Shown here in pieces: positions 19,332 through 28,807 of a stretch of DNA of 59,902 nucleotides. The translations under genes were made by a program, and so were the position numbers. The number at the start of each line of letters is the position of its first letter. The first letter of the stretch is position 1. Below the pieces are notes generated by a model. The model saw nothing but the letters and a program-made list of their open reading frames with translations. It was not told the DNA's origin and ran no database searches. The DNA comes from Bacteroidota bacterium (GTDB taxonomy: Bacteria; Bacteroidota; Ignavibacteria; UBA10030; UBA8401), in contig DATJXA010000132.1 in the NCBI GenBank assembly GCA_035500675.1, forward strand, positions 1 through 59,902. Direction: 5' to 3'.

Positions 19332-21092
19332 ATGGCAACAAAAGACTTAGCACAGATGGAGTTTAAGCCGGACCGCCCGTTAAGGAACTTTTTGCATATT
19401 TACAACGGACAGTACCTGAAATTGGTCTGCGCAATAATCCTTTACACAGTAAAGCATTCTCCCGTGTGGATACTCCCGGTGGTCATCGCGCGGCTCATCA
19501 ACATCATCAGCGACACCTCTAAATATTCAGTGCGCGATGTGTGGATGGTCGGCGGAATTTTCTTTCTGGTCATCATCCAAAATATTCCGATGCATACTCT
19601 GTACGTGAGAGTGTTCAGCAGCGCGGTCAACACGATGCAACTGAACCTGCGCTCGGCGATCATCAAGAGGCTCCAGGAATTGTCCATCGCCTTCCACGAT
19701 AAATACCAATCCGGCAAACTTCAAACGAAGGTCCTGCGAGACGTCGAAACCCTCGAAATACTTTCGCGCAATCTGATGAATTCCGTCTTCCCGGCAATTT
19801 TGACGATCATTTTTGCGTTTTCGTTCACGGTCTTTAAGCAGCCGGTCGTCGCTCTTTTTTATGTGATCTCCGTCCCGGTGTCGTCGAGTCTTATATTTTT
19901 CTTTTCGAAACGGATGACCTCGCGCAACCAGGAATATCGCAGTGAGATCGAGTCCCTCTCTGCGAACGTCGTAGAAATGATACAGATGATTCCCATCACG
20001 AGAGCGCACGGGGTCGAAGACGCCGAGGTGTCTAAAATGAAGTCACGGCTCGAGCAAGTGAAGAGCAAAGGGATACGGCTTGAGATGATCGGCGCGTTGT
20101 TCGGGGCGAGTTCATGGACATCGTTCCAGATCGTCATGCTCGTGTGTCTGATCTTTACTTCCATCCTTGCATTCAACAAGAGCATCAGCGTTGGCGACGT
20201 CGTGCTGTTCCAGAGTTTCTTTGCGATGATCGTCGGCGCGGTCAATATGATCCTCAATGCGTACCCCGACCTCGCCCGCGGCTTTGAATCGATCCGATCG
20301 ATCAGCGAAATTCTTGAATCTCCGGATATCGAACAAAACGCCGGGAAGAGACCTGTCGTGTCTGTCGAAGGACATTTCCTTTTTGGCGACGTCGGGTACA
20401 CATATGATAAGGCTCGAGACCCGGCGGTGAGAAATATCAATGTTGAAATATTTCCGGGGGAGTCGGTCGCCGTTGTGGGGGAGTCGGGTTCGGGGAAGTC
20501 GACATTGATGAGCCTTATTATCGGATTTCGAAGACCGACTGCTGGACGGATACTGCTTGACGGTCACGATATGCAGGAATTAGACCTTCGCCAGTATCGC
20601 AAGTTCCTCGCGGTCGTGCCGCAAACGACGCTGTTGTTCAGCGGTTCCGTCCGGGAAAATATTGCGTACGGCGTCGGAACAGTGGACGACCGCTTGGTGT
20701 GGGAAGCGCTGGAATCGGCAAACGCTACGGAGTTCGTTTCAAAAATGCCCAATGGGCTTAACACAAACCTCGGCGAACTGGGAACGCTTTTGTCCGGAGG
20801 TCAGCGACAGCGCATTGCAATCGCGCGGGCGCTTCTGCGAAACCCTAAAGTCATTGTGCTCGATGAAGCCACCTCGTCTCTCGACGTGGTCTCCGAAGCC
20901 TTGATTCAGGAAGCGCTGCAGCGCCTGATACAAGGCCGTACAACTTTCATTGTCGCACATCGATTATCGACTATCCGGAATGCTAAACGAATTCTGGTCA
21001 TGAAAAACGGCTCGTGTGTAGAGTCCGGAGCTCATGAAGAACTCATGAACGCAAAAGGGGAATTCTACAAATATAAACTGTTACAGCAATAA
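19332..21092 (+). CDS. ABC exporter, fused permease/ATPase
   Basis: TM domain, Walker A GESGSGKS, LSGGQRQR, VLDEATSSLD, AHRLST. Start at 19332 (MATKDL) preferred. Confidence 0.93.
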   Translation: MATKDLAQMEFKPDRPLRNFLHIYNGQYLKLVCAIILYTVKHSPVWILPVVIARLINIISDTSKYSVRDVWMVGGIFFLVIIQNIPMHTLYVRVFSSAVNTMQLNLRSAIIKRLQELSIAFHDKYQSGKLQTKVLRDVETLEILSRNLMNSVFPAILTIIFAFSFTVFKQPVVALFYVISVPVSSSLIFFFSKRMTSRNQEYRSEIESLSANVVEMIQMIPITRAHGVEDAEVSKMKSRLEQVKSKGIRLEMIGALFGASSWTSFQIVMLVCLIFTSILAFNKSISVGDVVLFQSFFAMIVGAVNMILNAYPDLARGFESIRSISEILESPDIEQNAGKRPVVSVEGHFLFGDVGYTYDKARDPAVRNINVEIFPGESVAVVGESGSGKSTLMSLIIGFRRPTAGRILLDGHDMQELDLRQYRKFLAVVPQTTLLFSGSVRENIAYGVGTVDDRLVWEALESANATEFVSKMPNGLNTNLGELGTLLSGGQRQRIAIARALLRNPKVIVLDEATSSLDVVSEALIQEALQRLIQGRTTFIVAHRLSTIRNAKRILVMKNGSCVESGAHEELMNAKGEFYKYKLLQQ

Positions 21093-21108
21093 ATTACGGC
21101 AGTTCCGC

Positions 21109-21531
21109 CTACATGCCCTGAACTTTGCCGGGCTTTTTTCCTGCGAGAAACCGCTTCATCGGGTTCCAGTAGTATGTTCGCCACCCGCCGTTGACTCCGG
21201 GCGCTTCTTTGTCGGGAACGTTCGCATGCGTCGCAAGGAGAGCAACGTCCTTTCCTTTTTGTTCGAGGTAGATAATGAACGTCGAGTCGGTAGCTGAACG
21301 GCTCCAGTCGCTTCCTCTCCACGATTGCACAATGAGTTTGTCTTTGATCAGGTGAAGGTTCCTGCCGGTGATGTAGCCGCCGTGCGCCGAAAATTTTGCC
21401 CCTTCTTTCGCGGATATTTTTGCCGGCGCTCCTGTCACCATTGAATGTTTCTTTGGATTCATATAAACGTCGTATACATTTTTTGCGGTGGTATTCTTGA
21501 ATACTACCTTCTGAACAATGGTCTTTGCCAT
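21109..21531 (-). CDS. SRPBCC/AHSA1-domain protein
   Basis: VYDVYMNPKKHSMVTG, LIVQSWR, GWRTYYWNPMK. Confidence 0.85.
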   Translation of the reverse strand: MAKTIVQKVVFKNTTAKNVYDVYMNPKKHSMVTGAPAKISAKEGAKFSAHGGYITGRNLHLIKDKLIVQSWRGSDWSRSATDSTFIIYLEQKGKDVALLATHANVPDKEAPGVNGGWRTYYWNPMKRFLAGKKPGKVQGM

Positions 21532-21602
21532 AGCTGTTCCTCTCCTCGATGTTTATTTTTTAAATCCGTGAATTGAATTCCCTGTGAAGGCAACGCGAAA
21601 TG

Positions 21603-22058
21603 TCATTTCGGTTGTAAGTTTCTCATAAGGTTGTTCACGCAGCCGATCCAGCCGGCATTGTGATGGTCTCGCGTTTCTTCGTTATCAAAGTGAGCATGAG
21701 TAAGATGGAGTTCCGTTTTACTCCCTTTTTCAGTCAACTCAATGGTCACGACCGTCTCATGTTTAGCCGGGTCGTCCTCCCAGCACCAGGTGAAAACGAG
21801 ACGATGCGGAACGCGGATCTCGCGATACACTCCCGACACTACTCGGACGATATCTTTCCCCTTTTCCTTGAACCCGATCCGGTATTTCCCGCCGACCCGA
21901 AGGTCCACTTCCGCAAGAGGGGTTTCAGTGTCGGGTGGGGCAAACCATCCTTTGATCGATTCGGGAGTAGTCCATGCATCGAACACTTGCTTCACGGGCG
22001 CTGAAATTTCCTGGCGTAAAAATAATTTGATATCGCCGGAGGGCTTATGCTGTGGCAT
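21603..22058 (-). CDS. SRPBCC/AHSA1-domain protein
   Basis: APVKQVFDAWT, DLRVGGKYRI, RLVFTW, HNAGW. Start at 22058 avoids overlap with the ArsR gene. Confidence 0.88.
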   Translation of the reverse strand: MPQHKPSGDIKLFLRQEISAPVKQVFDAWTTPESIKGWFAPPDTETPLAEVDLRVGGKYRIGFKEKGKDIVRVVSGVYREIRVPHRLVFTWCWEDDPAKHETVVTIELTEKGSKTELHLTHAHFDNEETRDHHNAGWIGCVNNLMRNLQPK

Positions 22059-22066
22059 AGAAATTC

Positions 22067-22402
22067 CTAATGTTTTTTGGGCTTGGTGACAAATTTTTCG
22101 AGTGCGTCGAGACGTAATTTCCAAAACTGTCGGTAATGTTCAAGCCAGTGTAAAGCCTCGCTGAGCGTATCGACTTCAAGCTGCAGACGGTGGATGCGCC
22201 CATCTTTGGTGCGCGAGACAAGCCCCGCTTTTTCGAGCACGCGAAGATGTTTTGAGATCGCCGGCAGGGACATATCGAACGGCTCCGCAAGCTCGGTGAC
22301 GGTCGCTCCTTCGCTCATCAGGCGCGCGAGGATAGAGCGCCGGGTCGGGTCGGAAAGCGCCCCGAAGACGGCGTCGAGACGGTGTGAAGAATACTTAACC
22401 AT
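22067..22402 (-). CDS. ArsR/SmtB-family transcriptional regulator
   Basis: LDAVFGALSDPTRRSIL, ELAEPFDMSLPAISKHLRVLEKAGLV. Confidence 0.93.
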   Translation of the reverse strand: MVKYSSHRLDAVFGALSDPTRRSILARLMSEGATVTELAEPFDMSLPAISKHLRVLEKAGLVSRTKDGRIHRLQLEVDTLSEALHWLEHYRQFWKLRLDALEKFVTKPKKH

Positions 22403-22438
22403 TTGGTTAAATATAATGGATCACCTTCTCGTTGTCAA
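22395..22438 (-). promoter_or_regulatory. ArsR promoter with overlapping palindromic operator
   Basis: TTGACA (22438-22433), 17 nt spacer, TATATT (22415-22410). Palindrome TTAACCA-TT-TGGTTAA (22395-22410) covers the ATG. Confidence 0.75.
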
Positions 22439-22513
22439 GCAAAAAATCGCATAAACTTTTTGAACCTTCACGGCATGTTTCAGCGTCTTGGCAATTCCAA
22501 ACCTGCCTAAAAC

Positions 22514-22544
22514 AACAAAGGCCGACATTAAGCCGGCCTTTGTT
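22514..22544 (-). terminator. Intrinsic terminator after the T9SS propeller gene
   Basis: AACAAAGGCCG-9nt-CGGCCTTTGTT followed by a T-rich tail on the minus strand. Confidence 0.6.
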
Positions 22545-22563
22545 CGAGGAGCGTTCAGCGCCG

Positions 22564-25500
22564 CTATTTCAACAAGAGCATTTTCTTTACGTCAACGAAT
22601 TTTGTCTCGGGGTCTTTAACTGAAACCGCCTCGATCCGATAAAAATACAGCCCGCTGGGGACTAACGCATTCCATACCACCTCCTGGTACCCGGCAGGCT
22701 GCTCACCGTTTACGAGTTCCGCCGTCAATTGTCCCAATACGTTATAGACTCTTAATCGGACCGCGCTGCGCGTAGGAAGATCGTAACGAATTGTTGTTGC
22801 GGGATTAAACGGGTTGGGAAAATTTTGCCCGAGCGCGAATTGAGCCGGTACATCGGCGCGCGACGAAAGGACTCCCGTCAACGGCTCCCCTATTCCGTCG
22901 ACTTCGATCGTATCCGGAGATGTGCTTGCGCTGCTATAGATAATCAGCGTCGACTGCACAATGCCGGGAGACGATGGGGAGAAGATCATCGTGTCCGTCA
23001 GCGAGTGGGCGGGTGGGATAACGCATATCGAAGGCTTCGCGTTGAACGCCGGGGATCCGCTTATGATGGCGCTAATCTTCAGCGTATCAGTACCGTTGTT
23101 CATAATGGAGAACAGGCTGTCCTTCGACTGGCCCACCGTAACATTCCCCAACGAAAAAGAATGCGCCACCAGATGTAATACGGCACTTCCAACCCCGTTC
23201 CCCGATACCATGATCGTGTCGGTCGAAGATGCATTGCTCATGACAAAAAATTCGGCGCCCGCGGAACCGAGTGCGGCCGGCGTAAACCGAATCGTATCGA
23301 CAAAAAATTGTCCGGGGGCAAGGCTCACGGAAGTAGTCCGTACTGAGAACGGGCTTCCGGTCGATATGATATTGGGAATGGTAAGAATGTCTGTTCCGTT
23401 GTTAGCTATTGTTAATGTCGAATCTTTGAAACTTCCTACGGCAACGTTGCCAAAATTTACGGCATTGGTTGATAAATTCAGGATGGGCGTCAAAACAATA
23501 GAACTGTCAATCAACACTGCAAAATTCTGCACGGGGAAATTTGATATTGAAAAAATCTGCCCAGCCGCAAGTAATGTGTGAGACGCCTCAGCTAATGCAT
23601 AGACCGTCCCTGTGCCGATATTGTTATTGATGGAGGAGCTCCACGATGAAACATCTCCGGTCCCCGCATCGAGGTAGGCCAGTTGCTCCCGGGTCAACGA
23701 ATTGATCGTCTCGAACTGTCCTCCGATGATAAGCTGATTTCCAGACGGCAATATTGCATTGACGTTGAGCTGGAGGTTGAACTTAGCGTCGAATCCGGTC
23801 AACAATCCCCCTGTCTCATTGTCTACTGCCGCAATGCTTTTGCGCGTCGTTCCCCCCACCGTCGTAAACCCGCCTCCGAGATAGACCGTGGACCCAAGCG
23901 TCGCAAGCGACCAACAGACATAGCTTGGGTTTGGATTCCATTCCGTCAACGTGTCGGTTGTAGTATCAAACGCCGCGGCATAATTGCGCGTCTGACCGTT
24001 GATCTTCGAGAAAAATCCGCTCGTGAAGACCTGCGTTCCGGATTTCGCGAACGAATAGACTCCACCGTTGTCAAGAACGGGATGCCACGGCAGCACAACG
24101 CCGGTGTTCTTATCGACTGCAGCGAGATAGCTGCGAAGAGAACCATTGACGTTTCCGAAATTGCCTCCAAGATAGAGCCTGTTGCCAAAAACCATCATCG
24201 CGAACACCGATCCTCCCGCCGTCCCGCTCCAGGATGAAAGCGGGATCAAAGAACCCGCTGAGGTATCGACGGCGGCAAGGTATGATCTGTTGCTCCCGCC
24301 GATAGACGTAAAATTTCCGCCGACAATGACCTTATCTCCGACGACCTCAAGCGTGCTGACGCCTCCGGAAGCATTCGGGTTCCACGAAGTAATCGTACCG
24401 GTCCCAAGATCCATCGCTGCAAGGTTATTGCGCGTGACCGATCCGGTCGATGTAAAAAGCCCTCCGGCGAAAAGAATGTTGCCGTATGAAGAAAGTGTAT
24501 ATGGATTCGCATTGAGTTGAGCGTCCCACGCAGAAGCAGTTCCCGTCGACGTGTCTACAGGTGCAAGATAACTCACGCTTTTCCCTCCAACTGCAGTAAA
24601 ATCTCCCCCAACAAAAAGTTTTGAGCCTGCAATCGCAACTGCCCGTACCGTATTATTGGGAGCGGGATTCCATGACGACGCTGCTCCTGTTACAAGGTCG
24701 ATCTTAGCGAGGTTCGTCACGGATTGCCCCCCTATGGAAGTGAACGATCCGCCGACGTATAAATTTCCGTTCGAAAGAGCCATCGACGATACCGTGCCAA
24801 AACCGCCGCTAATCGATGCAGCAGGCTTCCAATTTGTGATTACGTTTCCCGACGGATCCATTTTACCTAAACCGTAGAGGGTGACGGTATCGAGTTTGGT
24901 AAATGGCCCGCAGGCGTAAAGGTATCCACCGGTATAAATAAATTGCGAGACAGAAGGACTCCCAGACGGAACGGTGATGCCTGGCGACCAGCTGGTGACG
25001 TTCCCCGCAGTGTCGACCGAACCTAACAGAAAATGAAATTGTGCCGAAAGCGAAGAAAAGTAACCGCCAACATAGACAAGACTTCCTACTTGTTGAATTG
25101 CCGTGATCTCGTTATCGGCTTTCGGATCCCATGCAAGCAGGCTGCCCGTTGCGGTATCGAACGCCGCGCCGTACCCGCGCGTTTGTCCTGCGATCGTCGT
25201 AAAATACCCGCCAACGTACAATCGGTTGCCCGAAAGGGAAAGACATTGCACGAAAGCATTTGGCGAAGGATTCCATGGATCGACAGAGTGATCGGGGCGA
25301 ACGTGAACCAGATATTTGTGCTGAGAACCGCCGGCGTACGTGAAGTTCCCACCGATATACCATCCACCTCTTCCATCCGGAACCGAGGCGTAGATCCTTC
25401 CCTGCACTGGGTCGAGCTTAGGAAATGTCCGGTCTGGCTTTGCCGTCGCAGTATCAAGGAATGTTCCTGTGCCGCATGCGTAGCCGATTTTTGTGAACGT

Positions 25501-25659
25501 CCCGCCGAGGTACGCTTTGTTGCCGCTCACGACAATGCTGTTGACCTGGCCGTCGAGCGGTGAATCGAACCACGGCTGGACGGTTTGAGAGTGTAGGGTC
25601 GTCAAAGCGACAACGGATGCGACAATTTCGATCCATAGTAACCTTTTGATTATTTTCAT
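22564..25659 (-). CDS. Secreted beta-propeller repeat protein with two Ig-like (ASH/choice-of-anchor-D-like) domains and a T9SS-type C-terminal domain
   Basis: Signal peptide from 25659; 14 repeats of ~48 aa (LYVGG.FT..GG..R..LAA.D..TG...WNP); NFGNVAVG and SLGNVTVG Ig repeats; QNFPNPFNPATTIRYDLP...GLYFYRI...KKMLLLK. Confidence 0.88.
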   Translation of the reverse strand: MKIIKRLLWIEIVASVVALTTLHSQTVQPWFDSPLDGQVNSIVVSGNKAYLGGTFTKIGYACGTGTFLDTATAKPDRTFPKLDPVQGRIYASVPDGRGGWYIGGNFTYAGGSQHKYLVHVRPDHSVDPWNPSPNAFVQCLSLSGNRLYVGGYFTTIAGQTRGYGAAFDTATGSLLAWDPKADNEITAIQQVGSLVYVGGYFSSLSAQFHFLLGSVDTAGNVTSWSPGITVPSGSPSVSQFIYTGGYLYACGPFTKLDTVTLYGLGKMDPSGNVITNWKPAASISGGFGTVSSMALSNGNLYVGGSFTSIGGQSVTNLAKIDLVTGAASSWNPAPNNTVRAVAIAGSKLFVGGDFTAVGGKSVSYLAPVDTSTGTASAWDAQLNANPYTLSSYGNILFAGGLFTSTGSVTRNNLAAMDLGTGTITSWNPNASGGVSTLEVVGDKVIVGGNFTSIGGSNRSYLAAVDTSAGSLIPLSSWSGTAGGSVFAMMVFGNRLYLGGNFGNVNGSLRSYLAAVDKNTGVVLPWHPVLDNGGVYSFAKSGTQVFTSGFFSKINGQTRNYAAAFDTTTDTLTEWNPNPSYVCWSLATLGSTVYLGGGFTTVGGTTRKSIAAVDNETGGLLTGFDAKFNLQLNVNAILPSGNQLIIGGQFETINSLTREQLAYLDAGTGDVSSWSSSINNNIGTGTVYALAEASHTLLAAGQIFSISNFPVQNFAVLIDSSIVLTPILNLSTNAVNFGNVAVGSFKDSTLTIANNGTDILTIPNIISTGSPFSVRTTSVSLAPGQFFVDTIRFTPAALGSAGAEFFVMSNASSTDTIMVSGNGVGSAVLHLVAHSFSLGNVTVGQSKDSLFSIMNNGTDTLKISAIISGSPAFNAKPSICVIPPAHSLTDTMIFSPSSPGIVQSTLIIYSSASTSPDTIEVDGIGEPLTGVLSSRADVPAQFALGQNFPNPFNPATTIRYDLPTRSAVRLRVYNVLGQLTAELVNGEQPAGYQEVVWNALVPSGLYFYRIEAVSVKDPETKFVDVKKMLLLK

Positions 25660-25755
25660 ACGTCCTTTCTTAAATTGAAACGGTGAATGAAAAAAGGCTT
25701 TGCGATCGTGATTTTTGAATAACATGGGAACTTCCCTCCAAAGGCCCTCTGCATC

Positions 25756-25795
25756 TTATAATCTTTCAATCAAGCAATCTTGTAATCTTGCGATC
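25756..25795. repeat. Degenerate 8-mer tandem repeat (x5)
   Basis: TTATAATC TTTCAATC AAGCAATC TTGTAATC TTGCGATC. Confidence 0.5.
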
Positions 25796-26020
25796 TTTGA
25801 TAAACTGGAAGGGCAATACGGGTATGAACATTCTCGGCCAAACAATCGGACCATGCATGTCGAAATCCTGGACTCAAGAATAGCAATTGCCGGACGGAAC
25901 TACTGTGATACCGCTCATGGATGATGGATCGTCAAGGGGTGGTACGTTGCGGTAGATGAATAAAGACATGGAGGTTACATGTGATCGGAGAGCTAACACA
26001 TCAAAGCCAAAAGAGATCCC

Positions 26021-26722
26021 CTACGTTCCATACATCAGCCTGTACCCAAGTTCACGAGGCAATCCTGCGGCAAGAATCTTGTCCGCTGCCGTGTCAATAT
26101 CATATTCCGAGCGATTCAACTCGTATTCCCACGCACTCGAATCGAAGATGCCGAATGCGAGCATCGGGTTCCCGTCGCGCGGCTGGCCTACGCTCCCAAC
26201 ATTGACAAGATACTGTTCAGTGTCCGTAACTGATTTTGCGCGGCCGTGAGGCGAAAAAATTCCTGGGACGTGCGTGTGTCCGATGAAGCAGATCTTTTCT
26301 TCGAAATGGTCGATCGCTTCGATAGCATCATCGACGTTAACAATGTAGTCCCATGCCTCCGGGGAATGTGGTGATGAATGTACCAGGAAGATGTTTTCCT
26401 TTTTCGCGGTCATCGGCAATGAAGATAAGAACGATTTGCTTTCGCTCGTGAGATGTTCTGCAGTCCACACGACGGCTTTGCGAGCGATGGGGTTGAAATC
26501 GTGCGCAAGCGAAGTATTCAGCGCCGCTTGGTCATGGTTTCCCAAAACGATGGTTGAACAACGACCACGAACGATATCGACACACTCGTTGGGGTTTGCC
26601 CCGTACCCGACGATATCCCCAAGGCATACGATCTCGTCGACTTTTTTCGTGTCGATGATCTCGAGCGCCTTTTGCAGGGCTTCAAGGTTTGAATGGATGT
26701 CCGAAATAATGGCGTATTTCAT
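26021..26722 (-). CDS. Metallophosphoesterase (calcineurin-like)
   Basis: SDIHSN, GDIVGYG, GNHD, VHSSP, GHTH, NVGSVGQPRD. Start at 26722 (MKYAIISD). Confidence 0.92.
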   Translation of the reverse strand: MKYAIISDIHSNLEALQKALEIIDTKKVDEIVCLGDIVGYGANPNECVDIVRGRCSTIVLGNHDQAALNTSLAHDFNPIARKAVVWTAEHLTSESKSFLSSLPMTAKKENIFLVHSSPHSPEAWDYIVNVDDAIEAIDHFEEKICFIGHTHVPGIFSPHGRAKSVTDTEQYLVNVGSVGQPRDGNPMLAFGIFDSSAWEYELNRSEYDIDTAADKILAAGLPRELGYRLMYGT

Positions 26723-26730
26723 ATGCTTCG

Positions 26731-28803
26731 CTATTGCAAAAACTTTTTCATCCAATCGATCCACCTTTTATAGACATCCGTCCTTCGGACGATGTCGCCG
26801 GGAAAGTGTGTATCGACCGGATATACATAGAATGCCGTTTGGACGCCGTTATCGAGAAGCGCATGATACATTTCGTAACTGTTTACGATCGGGACGTTGT
26901 CGTCCCCTGCGTCTCCCATAATAAGAGTCGGGGCTTTCACATTCTTTGCCAGCACGATCGGGGATTGTTCTCTCCAGATGTTCCAATATTCGTCGACCCA
27001 GGGCGACCCGCCAAAGAAATATAGGTCGCCTTTCTGATAATATGCAATCGTATAATCCATCACCCAATCATTAAGGGCGGCCCCCTCGACGGCAGCTTTC
27101 CATTTTGTCGGATAGTAACCGGTGAGCCATGACGTCATGTAACCTCCGTACGACCAGCCGGACACGCCAACGCGGTTCGTATCGATGACGTTGAGCTGGA
27201 GAATTTTATCCAACCCTGCCATAACATCTTTACCCGGTCCTTCGCCCGTGTCTTTGAAAATTGCGTGCTGATATTCATCCCCCAAATTTGTGCTCCCGCG
27301 ATAATTCGGCTGAAAGACAAAAAATCCCTCCGTTGCTAACAGTTCAGGCAATGGCGAAAATTCCACGGTCGATGCGCTTTCAGGTCCGCCATGAATGACC
27401 AAGACAAGCGGATACTTTTGACCCTTTTTAAATTCAACAGGATATGTGAGAATGCCATCTTCATCGAACCCATCGGGGCCTTTCCAGTCGACGGTTACTG
27501 TTTTACCGAAATCCAAACTGTCGGCAAAACTATTTACATCTGTAAGCCGTCTTGGTTTCGCAGAGAGCGTTTGCAAAAGATATAGTTCCGACGGATGCTC
27601 GGAGGTAGCCCCAGTGAAAGCGAGGATCCCGTTATTTGACACGCTGATGCTTTGGCTTTCAACCTCAACATTGCCAAGGTCAATTTGTTCGGCATCTCCA
27701 TCGATCGGCTGACGCCATATAATAGAGTGACTTCCTTTTTCTCCGGCGATCAACACCGAAGCAGCATCGGGAAGCCAGAGATAATTGTCTATATTTCGAT
27801 CCAGTTTCTGAGTGATGTCGATATTTTTTCCGTCTCTTCTCAGATAGACCGCATTCCCATTATTTTGATCACCGTTGCGAGGCCGCATAAATGAAAGCAG
27901 TTCTGTTCCCGGCGCATATTGTGGGTGACCCGAACCCTCGTCTTCAATTAAAGCTCTCGCTTCACTGCCGCTTGTATCGACTTCCATGATCGTCGAATGC
28001 CAGGCATTACCGTCCCACACATCTGGGAATTGCTGAAAGACAATCGCACTGCCGTTTTTACTCCAGCTTAACGGAGAAATGGTTTCCTGGTCGGTGCAGA
28101 GGCTGACATCCCCCTTCGTTAATTGTTCGGCCTTGCCCCCTTTCGATGAGACGATCCAAAGATGCCACGGCTGCAATTCAGCGCGCACCAGATAATTGTT
28201 ATAGCTCACCTTGAATGCATCTTCATGATGCTTGATTTCTTTGGGATTGGGAATAGTATCTTGAGCCACAAAAGCAATTTTCGTTCCGTCTGGACTCCAG
28301 GTGAATTCTTTGACGCCCGTTTTTGATTCCGTAATCGGCACGGGGTCGCCGCCATTCATCGTCATCACATAGATTTGCGTCTCATCCGAATCGGGGCCTT
28401 TCGCGATGAATGCTAACTTGCCGCCATCGGGCGACCATTGCACTTCGGAAATACTTTTTCTCTCGAATGTAACGCTTCGGAGCGTGCCATCGCTCACATT
28501 GACAAGGTCAATTTCTTCCTTGTTCTTATCGCTCTCCCATTCGGGCCGGGAAACAACAACTGCGACCTGGCCTCCGTCGGGGGAAATCTGCGGATCGGAA
28601 AGCCGGACGATTTTTCTGACATCGTCCGGCGTAAAGACTTTCCTAGCGTTCTGCGGCAAGGCGATAGAGGGCAATAAGAGAATAACTGCCGACATATAAC
28701 ATGAATAGATCGGCTGCATAATAAAAAATCTTTTACGCCTACTCATTGTCCGTTCGCCCAACTTATCAAAAAATTTAGCCAGTAAAATTTTTTGGCCGGT
28801 CAT
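26731..28803 (-). CDS. S9 (prolyl oligopeptidase / acylaminoacyl peptidase-like) peptidase with WD40-like propeller
   Basis: IHGGP, NYRGS, GWSYGG nucleophile, PQISPDG/WSPDG repeats, DDNV, H. True start is uncertain and may be downstream. Confidence 0.92.
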   Translation of the reverse strand: MTGQKILLAKFFDKLGERTMSRRKRFFIMQPIYSCYMSAVILLLPSIALPQNARKVFTPDDVRKIVRLSDPQISPDGGQVAVVVSRPEWESDKNKEEIDLVNVSDGTLRSVTFERKSISEVQWSPDGGKLAFIAKGPDSDETQIYVMTMNGGDPVPITESKTGVKEFTWSPDGTKIAFVAQDTIPNPKEIKHHEDAFKVSYNNYLVRAELQPWHLWIVSSKGGKAEQLTKGDVSLCTDQETISPLSWSKNGSAIVFQQFPDVWDGNAWHSTIMEVDTSGSEARALIEDEGSGHPQYAPGTELLSFMRPRNGDQNNGNAVYLRRDGKNIDITQKLDRNIDNYLWLPDAASVLIAGEKGSHSIIWRQPIDGDAEQIDLGNVEVESQSISVSNNGILAFTGATSEHPSELYLLQTLSAKPRRLTDVNSFADSLDFGKTVTVDWKGPDGFDEDGILTYPVEFKKGQKYPLVLVIHGGPESASTVEFSPLPELLATEGFFVFQPNYRGSTNLGDEYQHAIFKDTGEGPGKDVMAGLDKILQLNVIDTNRVGVSGWSYGGYMTSWLTGYYPTKWKAAVEGAALNDWVMDYTIAYYQKGDLYFFGGSPWVDEYWNIWREQSPIVLAKNVKAPTLIMGDAGDDNVPIVNSYEMYHALLDNGVQTAFYVYPVDTHFPGDIVRRTDVYKRWIDWMKKFLQ

Positions 28804-28807
28804 CTAT

